Assembly (NCBI GenBank): GCA_054661495.1
Contig: BAAFSQ010000090.1
Location: 1 to 32,000 of the forward strand
Length of the DNA: 32,000 nucleotides
Direction: 5' to 3'
Source of the DNA: Zygophlyctis sp. KS116
Lineage: Eukaryota; Fungi; Chytridiomycota
In this document: one piece after another, positions 1-6,902 of the stretch
Layout of the letters: the number at the start of each line of letters is the position of its first letter
Numbering within the stretch: the first letter of the stretch is position 1
Program-made: the position numbers and the translations under genes
Notes under the pieces: model-generated
Databases searched by the model: none
What the model was told of the DNA's origin: nothing
The model's input: only the letters and a program-made list of their open reading frames with translations

Positions 1-794
1 ACATCAATCTTTCCAGGTTCTACTTGTGATCCGGGAGCTGATGGTAATAACGGATCTGGTATTTCTGATGGTAATGACGGGTCTGGTATTTCTGTTGGTA
101 ATGAAGGGTCTGGTATTTCTCCAGAATCCGATGAATGCTTTCCTGAACTTGAATGCCTTCCTGAACTTGAGTGATTTCCTGGACTTGAATGCTTTCCTGA
201 ACTTGAGTGATTTCCTGGACTTGAATGCTTTCCTGAACTTGAATGCTTTCCTGAACTTGAATGATTTCCTGAACCAACAGCAGGCTCAACAGTAGGCTCA
301 ACAGTAGGCTCAACAGTAGGCTCAACAGTAGGCTCAACCGTAGGCTCAACAGTTGGTGATTGTCCGATCTGCAAGGGAACTTTGAAGATGTTCCATAACT
401 GTTCATCTTTCATAACGATGGCATTGACGGTCAATGGACCGGTTTCTGTACCAGTCCATTCAAACTTTCCGCTCTTGGAGGCAGATGATGAATGAGTGAT
501 GGTTGATTTACCACCACAATTGGGTGAATTTTTGAAATCTCTTGTTGAAGATTGTAGAGTTCCTACATGCTTACCAGAAGCATCACTGACATATAGTAAC
601 AATCCAATAAACTGATCGTTGATTGCGATTGTGGCCTTGTTGCCTTCGGGAGTTACAGCAATATCATATTTGAGGTCCGAAGTCGCACCTCCATGGTTGG
701 ATGTGTCAAATGTGTCTACATCACATATTGGAGCCCCATCGGGTCGAGCGATTGAAAGAGCTGCTAATGATAATAAAACAAGTTTCTGAAGCAT
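1..794 (-). CDS. Secreted protein with reeler-like N-terminal domain and Pro/Thr- and His/Ser-rich repeats (3' end outside window)
   Basis: Open frame from ATG 794 to the window edge, absent from the ORF track because there is no stop. Reads MLQKLVLLSLAALSIA (signal peptide) RPDGAPIC...FIGLLLYVSDASGKHVGTL...CGGKSTITHSSS..K...FEWT, matching reeler-domain motifs (P-x-GAP-x-C, FxGxLL, VGT, C..TITH, W). Followed by (TVEP)6, eight SGKHSS-like units and three EIPDPSLP units. Confidence 0.75.
   Translation of the reverse strand, partial: MLQKLVLLSLAALSIARPDGAPICDVDTFDTSNHGGATSDLKYDIAVTPEGNKATIAINDQFIGLLLYVSDASGKHVGTLQSSTRDFKNSPNCGGKSTITHSSSASKSGKFEWTGTETGPLTVNAIVMKDEQLWNIFKVPLQIGQSPTVEPTVEPTVEPTVEPTVEPTVEPAVGSGNHSSSGKHSSSGKHSSPGNHSSSGKHSSPGNHSSSGRHSSSGKHSSDSGEIPDPSLPTEIPDPSLPSEIPDPLLPSAPGSQVEPGKID
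39..120. repeat. 27-nt coding tandem repeat x3 (EIPDP[S/L]LP[T/S])
   Basis: tgatggtaat(a/g)acgg(a/g)tctggtatttc-like unit repeated three times. Confidence 0.9.
132..275. repeat. 18-nt coding tandem repeat x8 ([S/P]G[K/N/R]HSS)
   Basis: tgaatgctttcctgaact / tgagtgatttcctggact units. Confidence 0.95.
282..353. repeat. 12-nt coding tandem repeat x6 (TVEP)
   Basis: aggctcaacagt x6, one unit with a mismatch. Confidence 0.95.
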
Positions 795-830
795 TTCTTA
801 TTTTTTAAGAAGCTATTTTAGAATGCCGCT

Positions 831-892
831 TAAATCCTGACGCCAGTCAGATGCAGACGCCACCTAAATCTTGACGCCAGTTCTATTTTTAG
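831..892. promoter_or_regulatory. Candidate promoter elements of the reeler-like gene: 17-nt direct repeat containing GACGCCA and a MEF2/Rlm1-type site
   Basis: taaatc(c/t)tgacgccagt at 831-847 and 865-881; third GACGCCA at 856-862; ctatttttag (CTAAAAATAG on the minus strand) at 883-892. Confidence 0.45.
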
Positions 893-986
893 AACATTTG
901 ATAGACACAATTGTGAAAGCAACAATCTCAATCTCTCATGATAATTCAAGTTACGAGTTAATAGAACTTATTAAACAGTCTTCTGC

Positions 987-2609
987 TCAAAACTGTTCAG
1001 AATGTAAAACAAACTCTGTTTCATACGTCGATACTTTGCTAATCTGATCCTTTAAAACCATCTCTAAAGATTTGGGGCCACAAAAAAACACTCCAACCTT
1101 TGTATGTATGCATTGCGGTTTAAGAGAATTCATGATCTTCTTTAGAATATCGTTCCATATAGGTCGACCGTAATGCGTAACATGTCCGAGCTCCTGATTC
1201 AAGGGCTTATCAAACTGATCCAGAATAATATTATGAATGTCACTTATGTCCAGGTTTCCTGTTATATATATGCTGCATTCAATAAAAGAATCTGAAGATA
1301 AAGTCTCAATTCTATGCAATTCATTTCTAAACCAGTAGAGGTCTTGTAAATCACGACAAACCCAAATGAAGTAAAGTTTTTCAAGTTTAATTGGCGCTTT
1401 CCTTTGATATGCATGATAAACTGATTTTAATATACCGGATGCAGGCGTTCCTCCTATCCCGGCACTGATTAATATCGAAACCTTATAATGAAGTAAATCT
1501 TGAACAGGCGCACCATAAGGTCCATCAATCAGCGCTCTTGGAATGTTAGATTTCCTGATTATTTCTAAAACACTTTCTGTCCAGTCTCCTACTACTTTGA
1601 TATGCACTGAAATGAATCCCTCGTGTGGAGCTGAAGTAATTGTGAAAGGATGCCATTCATACTTTGAAATTTCCGGAATATTCAGATACAAATACTGTCC
1701 AGGATTATAATTCATAGTTGGCTTTTCGAAATGCATTTCAATTACGTTTGATGGATGGATAATGGCGTCAGTAAGAACTGTATCTTCTCTAGATCTCCAA
1801 ATTCTGATTATTCGATCCACCAATGAAATCACAAAAACTGGAATTGTAAAATTATTAGAGTTATATCCTTTACATGTACCATCAATTGAAGATTTTACAA
1901 AACATCCAAAGGAATGAAAAAACAGTAGGATATAAAACATCCAATATAGTTGATGGGAATAGCTATTATATTATTTATAGATAAATCGTACAAGAAGATT
2001 TCATACTTTAATTTTTTAACAATCGGACAAGTTGCCGTAAAAATTATAAACATGATTAGGAGCATTCCATGTCCTGTAATGCCTGCCCATGATTTATAAT
2101 GTAATTCCCATGCTTTAAGCCGAAGTTGCGGTAATTTTTCTGGTACCTGAATATTAGAAATCAGTTAAAAATTACAGAGAAAAAATTAGTGTAATGCGCA
2201 TTTACATGAAGCAGGGTAAAGAAGAGTATTGAAAAAGAAGTGATCTTGTGTAAAAAGATACTATCATCAAAAGGGATCCACTTATTAATTAATGGTGATC
2301 TAAGTAATCGGATTAGATTTTTGCATGTCGGAAGTCTTGACTTTGTAAGATCAATAATTTAGCTTACATTAACAACACACAATCAAATGCAAGAACCAGT
2401 CCAGCTCCTCTTGAAACATAAATCGATTCACCAATTTGATTTAATAATCTTAAGCCTGGATCATCACGCTGCTTAATCCAACCATATGCGAATAGACCTG
2501 CATGTAGTCCAATATAAATGATCCAGAATAAGCAACATCTGAAAGTGAATGTAAAGTAATTGCTCCACTGAAAAGTTAAAATAGGATCGTAAGAAGAGAT
2601 TCTTTTCAT
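987..2609 (-). CDS. noxA: NADPH oxidase catalytic subunit, gp91phox/fungal NoxA-like (~510 aa, 4 exons)
   Basis: Exons 2609-2368, 2335-2176, 2146-1992 and 1962-987; GT-AG introns of 32, 29 and 29 nt keep the frame. Motifs: SRGAGLVL, LPTCKNL, four heme histidines (FLHK, NAHY, YSHQ, FFHSFGCFV), PGQYLYL, EWHPFTITSAP (FAD), DGPYG, AGIGGTP (NADPH), FFCGP and C-terminal EQF. No EF-hands. Confidence 0.93.
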
Positions 2610-2718
2610 TTTTTTAAGTTCCCTGTTCTGTCCGGACCCGAATGCGCCATTAATTTTCACTAAAAATAGTTCCCGCTAAAAATAGTTTGCGGCTAATTAT
2701 ATTTGATAAATCAATCTT
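2610..2718. promoter_or_regulatory. 109-bp bidirectional promoter noxA/noxR1 with two MEF2/Rlm1-type sites
   Basis: Divergent ATGs at 2609 and 2719; CTAAAAATAG at 2660-2669 and 2676-2685 flanking ttcccg. Confidence 0.6.
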
Positions 2719-3618
2719 ATGGCTGATATTTCAATTAATGAGATGTGGAGCAATGCATTGTCTGCTTATAGAGCAGGCAATAAAAGATCAGCAATTGATA
2801 TTTTTTCTCTCATTGCAAAGGCTGATGCTAGGATTTCATTTAATCTTGCATGCATATACATTGAGGATAAAAACTATCCAGTTGCATTGCAGTACTTGAA
2901 AGATGCACTGGAAATGGACAAATTTCTAGCAGTTGGCTATTTTCAAAGAGCACATGTCCGATATCAGCAAGGTCGATTTGATAGTGCTCATAAAAATTAT
3001 ACAAAAACTGTACTAGTAAGAATATTTTAGTTTCTAAATATATAGCTGATGGAAGGAAAACATTTGGATTTTAAATCAGAAGGATTAGAATTAACACTTT
3101 TTGAAGATGAAATCAAAATGAATATGACAATCACAAATCAAGCTAAGGAAGCAATTGCTCACCAGCAATCAAATGATTCAAAAAACCTTTTTACATTACC
3201 TCCGGGATTATTTTTTCATCCAATCAAGTCCAACAAAAAATCTCGCTTAAAGATCAACACCAATCATGAAATATTATCTAGTCCGCAACAAAACAGAACA
3301 TCTCCAGTACGCAACGATCCCAGAAACTTATCTACAGCCAAGAATGTGCCATTTTTTTCTCCAGTTTCACCAGATAGTATCCGTATTAAAATATTTTGGA
3401 ATGGAAAGAACGCCATGACCATTCTATCTCATAGAAAGGTTGCATTGTATGAAATCCTCAGACAAATCAGGTTTAAGATCCGTATAGATTTTGATCCTAC
3501 TCTACTAGACCCAGAAACCGGCAACATCATCAAATCTGATTCCATGCTTTCAAAACATTTAAGTGATATTGTACGCTCACAGTTCCAACTAAGAATTCAG
3601 GAAGAACTGCACATTTAA
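2719..3618 (+). CDS. noxR: NADPH oxidase regulator p67phox/NoxR-like, paralogue 1 (TPR + PB1-like, ~289 aa)
   Basis: Intron 3016-3045 (30 nt). ARISFNLACIY and DKFLAVGYFQRA align with p67phox SRICFNIGCMY and DKHLAVAYFQRG; also LDFKSEGLELTL and FTLPPGLFFHP. C-terminal IRIKIFW PB1-like domain. Confidence 0.85.
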
Positions 3619-3680
3619 AGTTATATAAGAAATTTCTATAAAATACATTGGCATCATTACATTAAAAGGATTAGTTCATT

Positions 3681-4084
3681 TTATTGATGAATCATACTAT
3701 AGGCCATCGTTGCGCACGCAATCATTAAAAAAGATGCGGGAATGATTAATACAATCTGAAAAAGAAATATTAAGCCACAGAGAAATGATGAAATCAGTAT
3801 TAACATCGTAAATGCCTTTGAAATCGGATTTCTTCTCATCAGATTTATGTTTGTCCAGAACAATAGATTAGCCAATAATATTGCCAAGATTCCAGGATAA
3901 GAAATCGGTTGATACCATTTAAGATACCTATCATCTTTGAGCATTACTGTATTTGAAAATATAAAGCTATAGATTCCTGCATTCATTAAAACTGTAAGTT
4001 AATGCTATTGATCGTACCAATTCCGCAAACGTAATATTGAACTTTTGCCCAGACTGCGAATGCTGATTTGTTATGATTAGTCAT
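3681..4084 (-). CDS. noxD: p22phox (CYBA)/NoxD-Pro41-like small membrane subunit (~125 aa, 2 exons)
   Basis: Exon 1 4084-4018, 26-nt GT-AG intron 4017-3992, exon 2 3991-3681. N-terminal FAVWAKVQYYVCGIVLMNAGIYSF parallels p22phox [23 protein letters not shown]. Central QPISYPGILAILLA and C-terminal LFQ...PASFLMIA...AYS resemble fungal NoxD as recalled. Several hydrophobic helices; the genomic context supports the call. Confidence 0.7.
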
Positions 4085-4119
4085 TTAAGATTTCACTTTT
4101 ATCCCGCAGAGTCAATTTC

Positions 4120-4574
4120 AGACGGCATGTGGCGCCGTCAATTTTGAAATTACTGAAAAGTGCAATGGACATGGGACTAAAATATACATTATGGAAAAGT
4201 GCTGAGAATGCATATTCGGACAAACAGTATAGTACTGCATTAAAGATTTATTCGTCGATCGGTCATCTGCCTCAGGTTTTGTTTAATATGGCATCTATAC
4301 ATTTGCTCAAGAATGATACTGGAAAGGCCATTGAATGTCTAACTAAAGCAATATCAATTGATAAGGTAAGCTATTGATCTTTTTCATTTGACTAGAAATT
4401 TGCAATCGCTTACTATCAGAGAGCAGTGTGCTTCTTTTTCAACCAAACATTTCATAGAGCGATTGCTGACTTCTCCTCAGTTCGCATATTATTGAAAACT
4501 AAAACTGTGGTTGATTACTCTCCTGCAGGACTAGATTTTAAGATTTATATGTGCGAAGTACTCTATAATATGGC
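4120..4574 (+). repeat. Near-identical duplicated segment, copy 1 (noxR2 promoter + TPR exons + intron)
   Basis: Matches 5721-6187 (ATG offset 1613); appears identical from ATG 4165 to about 4486, including the intron. Confidence 0.95.
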
Positions 4575-5382
4575 CAGTTGTTATGTTTCTTTAAAAGTAC
4601 CTGCCACAGCTGAGAGGCTGCTAGTTGCCGCCAAGAAATATGTGTCAAATGGATCTCATGAGCAGATAATTAAAGCTTCCGGCAAGTATATGGAATCCAA
4701 TATCTATACTATCGAGAACGGGTTGCAGTTCAAACCAAAAAAAATAAAAGATTCAAACAAAAGGATAAAGCGGGAGTTATCCCAGGGACCAGCAGGATTT
4801 ATGATGCGGAAGCAATCTCTAGATAATATCTCCAATCGAGGTTCTATATTGATTGAAACCCCCGATTTCATTCGTCAAACCAAGCACATGAGGACTTACT
4901 CTGCTATATTGGACCATTTCTCCGATTTTGAATCAGTCGGAGATATAGATTCAAAGGAACAAGTGTTTGAAGAATCACCTAGATCACATAAAAATCAACA
5001 GAAATGTGCTTATCGGAACGCTCACTTTACAGACCAGAATTACAATTCCGATTCTTGGCGGCAATCTAAAAATGAAAAGTCTATCAAAGATGATGATCAA
5101 TATCTTTTGAGGAATCTATCAAGTGCTGTACCGTCCGATAATATTCGTATAAAAATATTCTGGAATGGAAAGAATGCCATGACTATCCTTTCTCATCGTA
5201 TGGTATTGTTAAGTGATCTCACTCAACAAATACGTTCCAAGATACAAATAGATTTTGATCCTACTCTACTTGATCCAAAAACAAGTAGCATATTCACATC
5301 TGATTCAATGCTGTCAAAATATTTAAGTGATATTGAACGCTCACAGTTCCAATTAAGAATTCAGGAAGAGTTAAACATTTAA
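4165..5382 (+). CDS. noxR: p67phox/NoxR-like, paralogue 2 (TPR + long linker + PB1-like, ~395 aa)
   Basis: Intron 4366-4395 (30 nt) gives DKKFAIAYYQRA. DYSPAGLDFKIYMCEVLYNMA aligns with p67phox [21 protein letters not shown]. C-terminal PB1-like domain closely similar to paralogue 1. Confidence 0.88.
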
Positions 5383-5720
5383 CATTATAAATAAAGAATG
5401 TAAAATAAATTACGATCAGGGATTGATTTCATTGTTAATCTATTACTAAATATGTCAGGACTTAACGCTTCTGCCCCAAAACCAAAGCTTCAGACCATTC
5501 ATATATTATCCAGCTGGAAAAAATATCTGCATGTATATTGATTTAAGTTTTCATTCAATGGTTCATATTTTGAAGCGCATCTTCCATTGAACTAGTTATT
5601 GCAGTTGAATCAACGGACGCTCTAGAACTACAATACTCAGATACCGATGCCTTGATTCAAGTTAACTAGTAAACATGTCATATGATTTGTTGGGGCACAT
5701 TGAAAAGTTGGAGCAACTGA

Positions 5721-6187
5721 AGACGGCATGTGGCGCCATAAATCTTGAAATTAATCTTGAAATTACTGACAAGTGCAATGGACATGGGACTAAAATATAC
5801 ATTATGGAAAAGTGCTGAGAATGCATATTCGGACAAACAGTATAGTACTGCATTAAAGATTTATTCGTCGATCGGTCATCTGCCTCAGGTTTTGTTTAAT
5901 ATGGCATCTATACATTTGCTCAAGAATGATACTGGAAAGGCCATTGAATGTCTAACTAAAGCAATATCAATTGATAAGGTAAGCTATTGATCTTTTTCAT
6001 TTGACTAGAAATTTGCAATCGCTTACTATCAGAGAGCAGTGTGCTTCTTTTTCAACCAAACATTTCATAGAGCGATTGCTGACTTCTCCTCAGTTCGTAA
6101 ACTATTGAAATCTAAAACTGTGGTTGATTACTCACCTGCAGGACTAGATTTTAAGATTTATATGTGCGAAGTACTCTATAACATGGC
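5721..6187 (+). repeat. Near-identical duplicated segment, copy 2 (noxR3 5' part)
   Basis: Matches 4120-4574; carries an extra tandem aatcttgaaatt x2 at 5741-5764. Confidence 0.95.
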
Positions 6188-6839
6188 ATTTTGTTTTCGA
6201 TCATTAGATTTAACCGAAAAATCAGAAAGGTTGCTCTCACTAGCTATTAAATTTGCCGTGAATGATTCACATCGGCAAATTATTGAATCTTGTGTAAAGC
6301 TGCGTCGCATTACTTTGGATATGTTTACAATTGAGGCTGGGCTTCAATTCGCTCCAATTTTGAAACTAAAAACATTGGGAAAACAAGATATACCTAAAGG
6401 CGTGGAAAAGAATTCTGTAGATCAGTATTCTATATCAAGCTTTACAGACGAAGAGAAGAAAGGAAATAAACACCAAGCTAGCGATAATTACTTGAAACTA
6501 ATTCGATCTAAATCTTTAGTATTCAATCATTTATCATCAAGAAAAAAGGAAGAAACGAAAATTAATGTGAAAGAATCTTCAACTCCCAGTCTAAATCAAC
6601 AAAAACAGAAGTCGATGTTAAAGATTCAATTCCCAACCGGCAATTTAGTGATTTTACTAAATCATGATTCTGGGTTAGAAGAATTGAAGCGAAAGGTTGC
6701 GTTGAAATTGTATAATATGGGTGGAGGTGAGTATGATCGCATTTGCTTCAGGAAGGATGGATATGTGGTTAACACGGAAAAGGAGTTTGTGAATTTGCGG
6801 ATGCAAGAAGAAGTGCTTGAGCTCAGTCTTGATGTTTGA
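5778..6839 (+). CDS. noxR: p67phox/NoxR-like, paralogue 3 (TPR + divergent PB1-like, ~343 aa)
   Basis: Intron 5979-6008; same TPR motifs as paralogue 2; MFTIEAGLQFAP; C-terminal MLKIQF...LEELKRKVALKL consistent with a PB1 fold. Confidence 0.85.
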
Positions 6840-6902
6840 ATAAATATTTTCAATCATATGCAAGTGTGAATCTATTATTAAATTTCGGGAATTTTTTATG
6901 AA

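Noticed and set aside
39-353. Repeat array as a CRISPR or telomeric repeat
   Set aside because: No unique spacers, unit lengths are multiples of 3, and the array lies in frame within a eukaryotic CDS
20-406. ORF-track ORFs 20..406(-) and 26..295(+)
   Set aside because: Alternative-frame shadows of the 12/18/27-nt repeats; the real frame begins at ATG 794 with a signal peptide
987-2609. Ferric reductase (FRE) identity instead of Nox
   Set aside because: SRGAGLVL, LPxCxN, AHYxNF, AGITGH and HxxGCFV are NoxA/gp91phox-type, and the neighbours are Nox regulators
3681-3986. Vps68/TMEM50-like identity of the small membrane protein
   Set aside because: Only a vague PGI resemblance; the spliced N-terminus and context fit p22phox/NoxD better, though this is not formally excluded
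4120-6187. Direct repeats as LTRs of a mobile element
   Set aside because: The repeats are coding noxR 5' halves; no TG..CA ends, target-site duplication, gag/pol or transposase seen
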